The notes below the pieces were generated by a model, which saw nothing but the letters and a program-made list of their open reading frames with translations, did not search any database and was not told the origin of the DNA. 64,000 nucleotides of DNA from Verrucomicrobiia bacterium (GTDB taxonomy: Bacteria; Verrucomicrobiota; Verrucomicrobiia; Limisphaerales; UBA11358). Each line of letters begins with the position of its first letter. The first letter of the stretch is position 1. Both the position numbers and the translations under genes were made by a program. Below, in pieces: positions 55,310 through 64,000 of the stretch. Where the stretch lies: assembly GCA_025451535.1 (NCBI GenBank), contig JANWKE010000082.1, positions 14,884 through 78,883 of the forward strand, read 5' to 3'.

Positions 55310-57619
55310 TCACACAATCTCCACCGGACATTTCGGCAGGGCATCCAGAAAAGATTGGCCGTATTGCTTCGTTAGAACCCGATTGTCCAAAATGACAATG
55401 ATGCCGGTGTCGGTTTTAGTGCGGATCAACCGGCCGACGCCCTGGCGGAATTTCAGAATTGCTTCCGGCAGGGAAAAGTCGCCAAAGGAATTGCCGCCGC
55501 GCGCCTCGATCGCCTCGATGCGCGCCTCGATGAGCGGATGGTCGGGCACGGCGAACGGCAGCCGCGTGATGATGACGTTGCTCAACGCCTCGCCCGGCAC
55601 GTCCACGCCCTGCCAGAAACTGTCCGTGCCAAACAGCACCGAGTCCACGTCGTCCTTGAACTTCTCCAGCATGGTCGAACGCGGCGTGCCGGTGCCCTGC
55701 ACAAAACACGCGACGCCGAGCTGGTTGAAGAACGGTTCCATCCGTTCGCCGAGTTCCCGCATGAGCTTGTAATTGGTGAACAGCACGAATGCCTTGCCAT
55801 GGGTTTGCCTGACGAAATGTTTAATCCAATGTTCGAGGGCATCGGCGTATCCGGTTTCGCGCGGATCAGGCATTTTTTGGGCAACGAAAACTTTCATCTG
55901 CCGCTCGTAATCAAACGGCGTGCCGACCTGGAGCTGCGCGGCCGACTCCGCGCCGACGCGGCGGATAAAATACTGGAGGCCCAGAGTGGGACTTTTAGTT
56001 TTGTCAGTCGCCAGCAGTCCGTAGTCAGCAGCTTTTGCCTTCGATCGTCCTGCTACCGTCTGCGGACGATTGACTACGGACTGCGTGGCCAGCGTCGCGC
56101 TGGTCATGATGATGCTGGTGTCGCTCTCGAACAGCCGGCGGCGGAGAAATTCCGCCACATCGACCGGCGCGGCGTTCAGCGCGAGATTTCTCTGTGCCTT
56201 GCCGCTGCGTTCCACCCAGTAAACGTGGTCGCCGGCGCTCTGTTCGAGGAATGCCTTCACCTCCGCGCGCAATTCGTCCAGCCGCCGGTTGCACTCGACC
56301 AGTTCCTGCCCGATGTCCTTGTCGTCGCTGGCCTTGATTAAATCGCTGACGGCTTCGCGCAACCGCTGGATTGGCAGCGTCACGTTGTCTTTTACCAGTT
56401 CGGGCCGGCGGATGCGCAATTCCGACCAGGTGCGGCGGCGTTCGCTGCCTTCACCACCGCCAAATCGGTTGCGGCCGGCCGATTTCTGAAGTTCCTCGCA
56501 CGCCATTTCAACCTTTTCAAAAAACTGGTCGGCTTCGTCCAGAATGTCGGCCACGAGCTTCACGGCGCCGCCCTTGTGCAAGGTGGCGAGCAGGCCTTTT
56601 TCGGTGCGGGGATTCCACAACCGGTTCAAAGCGTAGCGCACCTGGCCGCTCGATACGCTCAAACCAATGTGTTTGGACGCGACGTGCTCCATCTGATGCG
56701 CCTCGTCGAAAATGACGAAGTCGTTCTTGAACAGGATGCCGCCTTCGACTTCCTCATCGATCCCCCCGAGCAGCGTAAAAAACAGCGTGTGGTTCAACAC
56801 CAGCACGTCCGAGGAAAGGAATTTATTCCGCGCGCGCTGAAAAAAACAGACGCCGTGGTTCCTGGCAAAATCGGATGGGAAACCGCAAACCTTGGGCGAA
56901 CACAGACCGCGCTCGGAACAAACCTGCGCCCAGACCTTCGGTTCCGGCTCGACATCGAAGTCCGACAGGCTGCCGTCCCGTGTTTCCTTCGACCACTCGT
57001 AAATGCGCCGGAGCTCCTCAGCCTCGGACGAGGTGAACAGATTGCCCGATTGCTGCATGGCCTTTTGCAACCGGCGCGTGCAAAGATAGTTCGCCCGGCC
57101 CTTGAGCATGGAGTAACTGAATTTGACCGGTTCGGGTAGCGCGCCGAGCACGCCGGTGAGCATGGGCAGGTCCTTTTCCGTCAACTGTTCCTGCAAGTTG
57201 ATGGTATGCGTGGAAACAACGGCCTTTTTCTTCTGCGCAACAGCAAACAGAATCGCCGGGATCAGGTACGCGAGCGATTTACCGACGCCGGTGCCGGCTT
57301 CGACCGCAAGGTGTTCGCGATTCTGCAATGCCTGCGCCACGGCCACCGCCATCGCCTGTTGCTGGGGGCGGAATTCAAAATTCTTCGCGCGCGAGAGCAA
57401 GCCTGCCGGCGAAAAAATCTCCTCGACCTGCTTCACCAGATCCGTGGTCGCACCGGCGGGTTGATGTTCAATGACCGAAATCACAGCCCGCGAATATGCC
57501 GTTGGGTTGTTTCCCCGGCGAACAAAAAAGCGGGATTTCCCATGGAGCTCCTGTTTCTTTTCACCGCTCAGGGAATTTACCCGGTGGCTTTTTTGCCCAA
57601 TACACTCCTGATTTGGCAA
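55310..57619 (-). CDS. dinG: DinG/XPD(Rad3)-family ATP-dependent DNA helicase with an Fe-S cluster insertion
   Basis: AGTGVGKSLAYL; four Cys (CTRR...CSERGLCSPKVCGF...CFF); VIFDEAHQMEH; SATL; FWQGVDVPG. The start is uncertain. Confidence 0.8.
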   Translation of the reverse strand: MPNQECIGQKSHRVNSLSGEKKQELHGKSRFFVRRGNNPTAYSRAVISVIEHQPAGATTDLVKQVEEIFSPAGLLSRAKNFEFRPQQQAMAVAVAQALQNREHLAVEAGTGVGKSLAYLIPAILFAVAQKKKAVVSTHTINLQEQLTEKDLPMLTGVLGALPEPVKFSYSMLKGRANYLCTRRLQKAMQQSGNLFTSSEAEELRRIYEWSKETRDGSLSDFDVEPEPKVWAQVCSERGLCSPKVCGFPSDFARNHGVCFFQRARNKFLSSDVLVLNHTLFFTLLGGIDEEVEGGILFKNDFVIFDEAHQMEHVASKHIGLSVSSGQVRYALNRLWNPRTEKGLLATLHKGGAVKLVADILDEADQFFEKVEMACEELQKSAGRNRFGGGEGSERRRTWSELRIRRPELVKDNVTLPIQRLREAVSDLIKASDDKDIGQELVECNRRLDELRAEVKAFLEQSAGDHVYWVERSGKAQRNLALNAAPVDVAEFLRRRLFESDTSIIMTSATLATQSVVNRPQTVAGRSKAKAADYGLLATDKTKSPTLGLQYFIRRVGAESAAQLQVGTPFDYERQMKVFVAQKMPDPRETGYADALEHWIKHFVRQTHGKAFVLFTNYKLMRELGERMEPFFNQLGVACFVQGTGTPRSTMLEKFKDDVDSVLFGTDSFWQGVDVPGEALSNVIITRLPFAVPDHPLIEARIEAIEARGGNSFGDFSLPEAILKFRQGVGRLIRTKTDTGIIVILDNRVLTKQYGQSFLDALPKCPVEIV

Positions 57620-57781
57620 AGTTTACTGAATTAATGAACCGGGCATTGTGGTATTAAGTATGCTTCAAATCGGGTGCGCTCGTCCTGACTGGTTGATTCG
57701 CTGTTGTTTGGCCCAAGGCCATACAGCTTATTCGGGGCTGAATCGCGGCAAAACGTGCCTGGTATCGGACCGCTATAAAGT

Positions 57782-60700
57782 ATGAATTCTCGCGCCCAGA
57801 TAAGACGGGTTGACGGCAAGAATTCAAGCATCGTGCGCTCTTGGATTTTTCCATCCTCGCCCGGCAGGGAAGGACTATGCCGGGGTTTGGCAGGCATCGT
57901 TGCCTGCCTGTTTTTTAGCGCGGCACCGGGGGTTTGGGGCCAAACTCCGGATCAAACACCCACGACCGCGAGGGTTCTGACCAATATTGCCGAAATTTGG
58001 GGTTTGCCGCGGGCGCACGCGGACGAAGAGTATCGGATTCAAACCGAGGTGCTGATTTATTTCGTTGATGCCGAGTGGGGGAACGCTTCGGGCGAATGCC
58101 TGGGAACCCCGATATGGTTGCCGGTTTTTGATTCACCCATTCCTTTGAAAGCAGGCCAGCGGCTCGCCATTGATGGCGTGATCATCCCTGACCGGGAACG
58201 ATTTGTTTGGAACAAAACCAGGATACGCGTTCTTGAAGAAAATGTGCCGCTCAAGGCCGAGGCGGTATCCGACCTGAGCCAGAACCCCCGGGCAATGTCG
58301 GGCCATCTGGTATCGGTGGATGGTCTGGTTGACAACGAACTGGACGAAGCGACCCATTGTGCAATCAATCTCCTGTCCGGCAACACGGTGACCAAAGCCT
58401 ACGTGCTGAAGGGCACCAACGGTTCCCCGGTTCAATTCAAGCAGGGGGATTTGGTCCGCATCAAATGTGTTTATTCCCCCCAGTTCGACCGAGACGGAAA
58501 TCTAAGCGACCTTTCCTTGTGGGCCAGCAGTCCGGCGGACGTCAAGGTGATCGGTTCGCTGGCGACGGATGCGCGCTTTAATGCTCCGACCACTTTCAGC
58601 AAGGACATCCAGACGGACTTATCTCCGGACAACCTCGTCCGGGTGGAAGGTGTGGTGCGTAAATACGAGCCCGGCCAATGGGTCACCCTCTGGGATGCCA
58701 CAGGACAAATCATGATCCAGAGCAAACAAAGTCAACCCCTGCGGTTCGGGGACCGGGTGGAGGCGATTGGTTACCCGTACGCGGTGGGTGTACAGCAGTG
58801 TTTGCGCAAAGGTCTGTATCGGCTGGCCGTTCCAACCAACACACCGGTTCCATCCTTGACGACTGCCACCAATACTCTCCTCCTGCGCCTGGCTGAACAA
58901 ATCCGGGACTTAAGCCTCGAAGAGGCAAGCCAACATTTGCCGGTCAGTCTTCGCGGCGTGGTCACCTGGGCGCATTCCAGCAATCCATTTGCGTACGTAC
59001 AAGACGCCAGTGGCGGCATTCAGGTGGTCAACCCGAAGTGGGATGACCCCGGCTCCATGAAATCGGGAACGATTGTGGTGCTGAACGGCATGACCGACAC
59101 GGGCAGTTTTGTACCGGTGGTCACCAACGCCGTGCTGCACCGAACGGGATGGTGGAATATAGTCGGTCCGCGGCCGGTGACCCTGGAACAGGCGCTGACC
59201 GGCGTGGAGGAAGGCAAGTGGATAGAGATGCAGGGGTTCGTCCGGAATGTAAGCCAGATCCACGGCCTGGCGCACTTTGACCTGAGCACATCAAGCGGAG
59301 AATTTCAGGCGTGGACTCCAGCGGTGCAATCCTTCGATGCGTACAAAGGGTCTATCATCCGCCTGCAGGGGGTGTGTTCGGCCCTGGCCAATGCACGGCA
59401 TCAATTAACCGGGATTCAGATTTGGACGCCGGATCAAAAATACATCCAGATTGAAGAACCCGCACCGTATGATCTGTTTGCGGTGCCGCTCCGTCCGCTG
59501 GCCAACCTGCGACGGTTCAACATGGAAAGCACGTTGAATCAGCGGATTCGCACGTCCGGCACGGTGGTCCTGGATGCGCCGGGCCATTACCTGTATGTGC
59601 AGGATGGCGCGGACAGCGTCTTTGCCCTGAGCCAGCAAACGAATGTTCTTCAGCCCGGAGACCGGGTTGAGGTGGTGGGTTTTGCCGGTGAGGAAGGTCA
59701 AAAATTTGCCCTTCGCGAAGCGGTTTACCGCCGCATCGCCAGCGGTGAAGAACCCAAACCCCTGCGATTGTCGGCCACCCACTCCACGGATGCGAATCTG
59801 GACGGCCTGCTCGTCAAAGCCGAGGGAACACTGCTCAACCAGGTGGAAAAAAATGGCGAGACGCGTTTGCTCATCCGGACCAAAGGTTTTATTTTCGAAG
59901 CCGGCCTTAGTCCAGCTGCAACTGGAACTAAAAATTTGCAGCCCTTGGAACTGGGCAGCCGGCTGGCGATAACCGGGGTTTATGAGGTGCAGAACGACGA
60001 ATACGGGCAGCCACGTTCATTCCTGCTCCATCTTCGCTCTCTCAACGATGTGCTATTGCTGCAACAACCGCCCTGGTGGTCGCTGGCGCGCTTGTTGTGG
60101 GCGCTGGTGGGGACCGTGGTCGTGTTCGTGATCGCGTTGATCTGGGGCATCCTGATTACGCGCAAAAACAGACTGCTGCACCAGGCCCAGGCAGAATTGC
60201 AGACCGCCAATGACCAACTCGAAATCCGTGTCCTGCAACGAACCCGGGAATTGCAGGACCAGGTCGAGGCCAAGGAACAAGCTCACACCGAACTGGCCCA
60301 GGCGCAACGAAGTCTCATGCTGGCTTCCCGGCAGGCGGGCATGGCGGAAGTGGCCACCGGCGTGCTGCATAATGTCGGCAATGTTCTCAACAGCCTCAAT
60401 GTCTCCGCCACGCTGCTCCGCGATCAGGTTCGTAAATCGGAAACCCATTCACTTCTGAAAGCCACCGACTTGTTGAAAGAGAAGAACGGAGACCTGGGAA
60501 CGTTCCTGACCACCGATCCCAAGGGAAAATTAATGCCGGAATTCATCGTTCAAGTGGCTGAGGAACTTCAAAAAGAACAGGTAACGACGTTGCATGAACT
60601 GGACCAATTGGCCAAAAACGTTGATCACATCAAGGATATCATCGCCATGCAGCAAAGCTATGCGCGCGTTGCCGGCGTGCTGGAAAAGGTGTCCTTGACC

Positions 60701-61153
60701 AGTCTGGTGGAAGACGCCCTGCAAATTAATGCGGCGGCCCTCGCCCGCCATGAAGTCAATGTCATCCGCCGGTTTGCTGAAGTGCCGCCCCTGATGGTGG
60801 ATAAACACAAGGTCCTCCAGATTCTGATCAACCTGGTCCGCAATGCCAAGTATGCGCTGGATGAGTGTGGCCAGGGCGAAAAGCGGCTTACCATCACCGT
60901 CGCCCAAGCCGATGGCGAATGCGTCCTGGCCCGGGTCGAGGACAATGGTATCGGTATTCCGGCTGAAAACCTGACACGTATTTTTTCCCATGGTTTTACC
61001 ACACGCCCCAGCGGCCACGGTTTTGGACTGCATATCGGGGCGCTGAACGCCCGCGAAATGGGAGGGTCGCTTTCCGCCGCCAGTGAAGGCACGGGCCGTG
61101 GCGCAATCTTCACCCTGATTTTACCGCTCTCTCCACCCGGCGAAAAGTCATGA
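57782..61153 (+). CDS. Sensor histidine kinase with a very large (about 750 aa) extracytoplasmic domain
   Basis: Signal/TM, TM WALVGTVVVFVIALIWGILI, coiled coil, AEVATGVLHNVGNVLNS, NLVRNAKYAL, DNGIGI, GHGFGLH. Confidence 0.8.
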   Translation: MNSRAQIRRVDGKNSSIVRSWIFPSSPGREGLCRGLAGIVACLFFSAAPGVWGQTPDQTPTTARVLTNIAEIWGLPRAHADEEYRIQTEVLIYFVDAEWGNASGECLGTPIWLPVFDSPIPLKAGQRLAIDGVIIPDRERFVWNKTRIRVLEENVPLKAEAVSDLSQNPRAMSGHLVSVDGLVDNELDEATHCAINLLSGNTVTKAYVLKGTNGSPVQFKQGDLVRIKCVYSPQFDRDGNLSDLSLWASSPADVKVIGSLATDARFNAPTTFSKDIQTDLSPDNLVRVEGVVRKYEPGQWVTLWDATGQIMIQSKQSQPLRFGDRVEAIGYPYAVGVQQCLRKGLYRLAVPTNTPVPSLTTATNTLLLRLAEQIRDLSLEEASQHLPVSLRGVVTWAHSSNPFAYVQDASGGIQVVNPKWDDPGSMKSGTIVVLNGMTDTGSFVPVVTNAVLHRTGWWNIVGPRPVTLEQALTGVEEGKWIEMQGFVRNVSQIHGLAHFDLSTSSGEFQAWTPAVQSFDAYKGSIIRLQGVCSALANARHQLTGIQIWTPDQKYIQIEEPAPYDLFAVPLRPLANLRRFNMESTLNQRIRTSGTVVLDAPGHYLYVQDGADSVFALSQQTNVLQPGDRVEVVGFAGEEGQKFALREAVYRRIASGEEPKPLRLSATHSTDANLDGLLVKAEGTLLNQVEKNGETRLLIRTKGFIFEAGLSPAATGTKNLQPLELGSRLAITGVYEVQNDEYGQPRSFLLHLRSLNDVLLLQQPPWWSLARLLWALVGTVVVFVIALIWGILITRKNRLLHQAQAELQTANDQLEIRVLQRTRELQDQVEAKEQAHTELAQAQRSLMLASRQAGMAEVATGVLHNVGNVLNSLNVSATLLRDQVRKSETHSLLKATDLLKEKNGDLGTFLTTDPKGKLMPEFIVQVAEELQKEQVTTLHELDQLAKNVDHIKDIIAMQQSYARVAGVLEKVSLTSLVEDALQINAAALARHEVNVIRRFAEVPPLMVDKHKVLQILINLVRNAKYALDECGQGEKRLTITVAQADGECVLARVEDNGIGIPAENLTRIFSHGFTTRPSGHGFGLHIGALNAREMGGSLSAASEGTGRGAIFTLILPLSPPGEKS

Positions 61154-62934
61154 ATGCGCCATCAGCCAAAGCCGGCAACCGGATCCTGATCATTGACGAC
61201 AACGCTGCGATCCACGCGGATTTCCGGAAAATTTTCGGCCAGGCGCAGGACCAAAACGTCGGATTGGCGCGCACCAAGGAGTTGCTGTTTGGGAAGAGCC
61301 TGGCGCTATCACCGCTCGCCGGTTTCAGGATTGATTCGGCTTTTCAAGGCCGGGAAGGTCTGGAGCTGATCCAACGGGCCGCAGCGGCAGGCGAGCCCTA
61401 TGCGCTGGCGTTTGTGGATGTACGCATGCCGCCCGGATGGGATGGCGTGGAAACCATCAGCCATATCTGGGAAAGCTGTCCGGATATCCAGATTGTCGTC
61501 TGCACCGCCTATTCGGACTATTCCTGGGACGAGATGATCCACAAACTGGGCCACTCTCCCGATCTGGTAGTCCTTAAGAAACCTTTTGATAACATTGAGG
61601 TACTGCAGCTGGCCCATGCGCTCACGGAGAAGTGGCGCCTGAACCGCAAGGTGCAATCCCAGTTGAATGACCTCGACATCCTGGTGCGCCAGCGGACCTC
61701 GGAACTGGAAGCCGCCAATGCGCAACTGAAAGAGGAAATCGCCAAACAGTTGAAACTGGAAGCGCAGTTGCGCCACTCCCAAAAAATGGAGGCCGTGGGA
61801 CAGCTCGCCGCCGGGGTCGCCCATGATTTCAACAACATCCTGACGGTGATTCAAGGCAACGCCGCTTTGTTGCGCGAGCAACCAGGGCAGGACCCATCCT
61901 GCACCGAACCGCTCAACGACATCTCCGTCGCTGCGGAAAGAGCCGCGCGGCTCGTCCGGCAACTGCTGGCGTTCAGCCGCAAGCAGGTGCTCAGGTCCGA
62001 AACGCTCGACCTTGGACAGGTCGTCAACCATCTCCAGGAAACGTTGATACAACTGCTGCAGGACCGCATCACCCTCGACGTGAATGTCGCCCCCGGGCTG
62101 CCGCTGATCCACGCTGATCTGAACATGATGGAACAGATTGTCATGAACCTCTCCGTCAACGCCCGGGATGCCATGTCCGATGGCGGAAAACTGACCGTCG
62201 GTGTGGATGCCGTTGCCGTCAACCACGATGCTGCGCAGGAAAAATCCGGAATCCGTCCCGGCCGGTACGTCTGTCTTTCCGTCTCCGATACCGGCTGCGG
62301 AATTGCGCCGGAGTTGCTACCCCGCATCTTTGATCCGTTTTTCACCACCAAGGAAATCGGCAAGGGTACCGGGTTGGGTCTGGCGACCGTTTACGGCATC
62401 GTCAAGCAACATAACGGCTGGGTGGATGTCCAAAGTGCCATCGACCAGGGCACGACGTTCCGGATTTATCTGCCGGCTTGCCCGGAAAATCCCCATCCGG
62501 AAGAACCGCCGGCGCTTCAAACGAAAGCCCCTGAAAAAGGATCGGCATGCATCCTCGTCGTTGAAGATGAAGATCATGTGCGCGTCCTCACGGCCGCGGT
62601 ACTGCGCAAAAGTGGCTATCGTGTTTTGGAGGCAGCTTCGGCCAGGGCCGCCCTGGATGTATTTCAAAACCACAGCTCTGAAATTAACCTGTTGTTTACC
62701 GACATTATGATGCCCGGAGGTCTGCTGGGCGATGAATTGGCCGCCCGCCTGCAAGCCGTCAAGCCGTCGCTGCCGGTGCTGTTTACTTCCGGCTACACAC
62801 CCGAGGTCACCAAAACTGATTTCCGGGGCAATGGAAACTTTCTGAGCAAACCCTTTACTCCCGCTCAAATGCTTACCACCATTCGTCAGTGCCTCAATCA
62901 CGCGCCGGCTGAAAATGGCAAAGCAAAGAATTGA
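61150..62934 (+). CDS. Hybrid histidine kinase: REC - coiled coil - HisKA - HATPase_c - REC
   Basis: RILIIDDN...[12 protein letters not shown]...LKKP; [15 protein letters not shown]; [25 protein letters not shown]; ILVVEDEDH...LFTDIMMPG...SKP. ATGA overlap with the upstream kinase. Confidence 0.85.
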   Translation: MNAPSAKAGNRILIIDDNAAIHADFRKIFGQAQDQNVGLARTKELLFGKSLALSPLAGFRIDSAFQGREGLELIQRAAAAGEPYALAFVDVRMPPGWDGVETISHIWESCPDIQIVVCTAYSDYSWDEMIHKLGHSPDLVVLKKPFDNIEVLQLAHALTEKWRLNRKVQSQLNDLDILVRQRTSELEAANAQLKEEIAKQLKLEAQLRHSQKMEAVGQLAAGVAHDFNNILTVIQGNAALLREQPGQDPSCTEPLNDISVAAERAARLVRQLLAFSRKQVLRSETLDLGQVVNHLQETLIQLLQDRITLDVNVAPGLPLIHADLNMMEQIVMNLSVNARDAMSDGGKLTVGVDAVAVNHDAAQEKSGIRPGRYVCLSVSDTGCGIAPELLPRIFDPFFTTKEIGKGTGLGLATVYGIVKQHNGWVDVQSAIDQGTTFRIYLPACPENPHPEEPPALQTKAPEKGSACILVVEDEDHVRVLTAAVLRKSGYRVLEAASARAALDVFQNHSSEINLLFTDIMMPGGLLGDELAARLQAVKPSLPVLFTSGYTPEVTKTDFRGNGNFLSKPFTPAQMLTTIRQCLNHAPAENGKAKN

Positions 62935-63005
62935 GTGAGCGGCGTTTTTTCTGCCGTACCGGGCGGAAGCATCAAGGCGCCCAGCCTTCGGCAACCGGCA
63001 TCGGC

Positions 63006-63911
63006 TCAAAGCGCACGGCTGCTGAGGATCACCCGCAGACTCGCCGTTTGGCCGGGCGCAAGCGAAAGTTTGTTTTGTTTCACGTTGCCGGATTCCACGC
63101 AGACCATTTGTCGGTGTTCTGCCGGGTCGAAGTCGTCCGGCAATTTTTGCGTCGTCCACGGATTCCAGACGACCGTCGAATGGGAATTGAATTTCTCCAC
63201 CCGGATCGTCCGCTTCAGGTTTTCGTCGCGGATTTCCACCGGACCGGTCGCATGGGGATAAACGCGGTTGGTTTCCTTCGTAATGTGCAGAACCGGACCC
63301 TTTTCCAGTTGGCGAGCACCCGCGGCGCCCGCCGCAAAGTCGTCAAATGGCAGGTCTTGCAGACCGGCGAGCGAAACCCGTGCGATGTCGCCGACGTAAA
63401 AATACGTGTGCAGGCAATTCTCAATCTCCAGGCTTCGGCCCGTCGTTTCGTTTGTGGCGACAAGCTCCATGGTAAGATTGTCCGCGATGGTCACGACAAA
63501 TTCCGTCCGCAGTCCCGACCATTCCGGTTTCATGGAATTTTGAGGCAGCCGCAAGTGAACGGTTACACTGCCATCTTTGGCCGCAGCAGTCCGGGCCAAT
63601 TCCCATGCCAGAATGCGCGCCAGGCCGTGCGCCGGCTCACCTTCGCGTGGACCGAACCAGGGAAAACAAATGGGCACACCGCCGCGGATCGGCTGACCTG
63701 GCGCAAAATGGCTTTGGGCACTCATGAACAGCAGGGGCGGTTCGTCATGCTTCTGAAAGCCGGTAATATGCGCGCCGTGAAGATAAATCTCCGCGGCGCT
63801 CCCGCGGGTCGTGACGTTAAATTTCGGCAAACCGCCGTTGCCGGTGGCAAAGTTGACATGGCCGGAGATTTCAAATTTCCGCAACGATTCGGGAAAGGCA
63901 GGTATCGGCAT
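63006..63911 (-). CDS. D-hexose-6-phosphate mutarotase (aldose 1-epimerase family, YeaD-like)
   Basis: IRGGVPICFPWFGP, HGLAR, and the ENCLHTYF block. Confidence 0.8.
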   Translation of the reverse strand: MPIPAFPESLRKFEISGHVNFATGNGGLPKFNVTTRGSAAEIYLHGAHITGFQKHDEPPLLFMSAQSHFAPGQPIRGGVPICFPWFGPREGEPAHGLARILAWELARTAAAKDGSVTVHLRLPQNSMKPEWSGLRTEFVVTIADNLTMELVATNETTGRSLEIENCLHTYFYVGDIARVSLAGLQDLPFDDFAAGAAGARQLEKGPVLHITKETNRVYPHATGPVEIRDENLKRTIRVEKFNSHSTVVWNPWTTQKLPDDFDPAEHRQMVCVESGNVKQNKLSLAPGQTASLRVILSSRAL

Positions 63912-64000
63912 AACAGCGAACAGGGTTTTAGCATAAACCCCCGAAGGGCGCAGGCTTTTTATCACCAGGAGAAAAAGGCCACACGGACAAATTTTGAATG

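Overview
This 64-kb window is a moderately high-GC bacterial chromosome segment. It is most likely from the PVC superphylum and looks Verrucomicrobiota-like. The evidence is an H-X9-DG pseudopilin-like protein, propeller-type sensor kinases, several GYF_2-domain membrane proteins, a GH29 fucosidase and TPR-sulfotransferases. This placement is inferred from gene content only.

Bases 1 to about 7072 are the right-hand part of an integrated mobile element. It ends in a large serine recombinase and an XRE regulator. Its cargo is a tight three-gene module: a ParA-like ATPase, a HEPN-like protein with an RNxxxH motif, and a 1030-aa HerA/FtsK/T4CP-like P-loop NTPase with a C-terminal PD-(D/E)xK-like domain. 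I consider this module the best candidate for an undescribed defence or addiction system.

The rest of the window is housekeeping and envelope genes:
- Core metabolism and translation: nusB, ftsY, ffh, ribD, ribE, a C-terminal-half split carB and fba.
- DNA repair and uptake: nfi, addB, dprA and a DinG-like helicase.
- Stress: two hsp20 genes.
- RNA genes: tRNA-Leu(GAG) and tRNA-Tyr(GTA).
- Signalling: two two-component loci.
- Unknown function: a DUF2339-like/DUF3999-like pair and a run of four membrane proteins, three of which carry a GYF domain.

No rRNA genes and no CRISPR array are present.

A second theme is pervasive small repeats:
- About 70-100-bp elements bounded by GTAGCGSC inverted termini.
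- Heptanucleotide-periodic tracts that form inverted arms at gene ends.
- Several palindromic or tandem elements inserted in frame inside ribD and addB.

All functional calls come from motifs read in the supplied translations. No database search was run.
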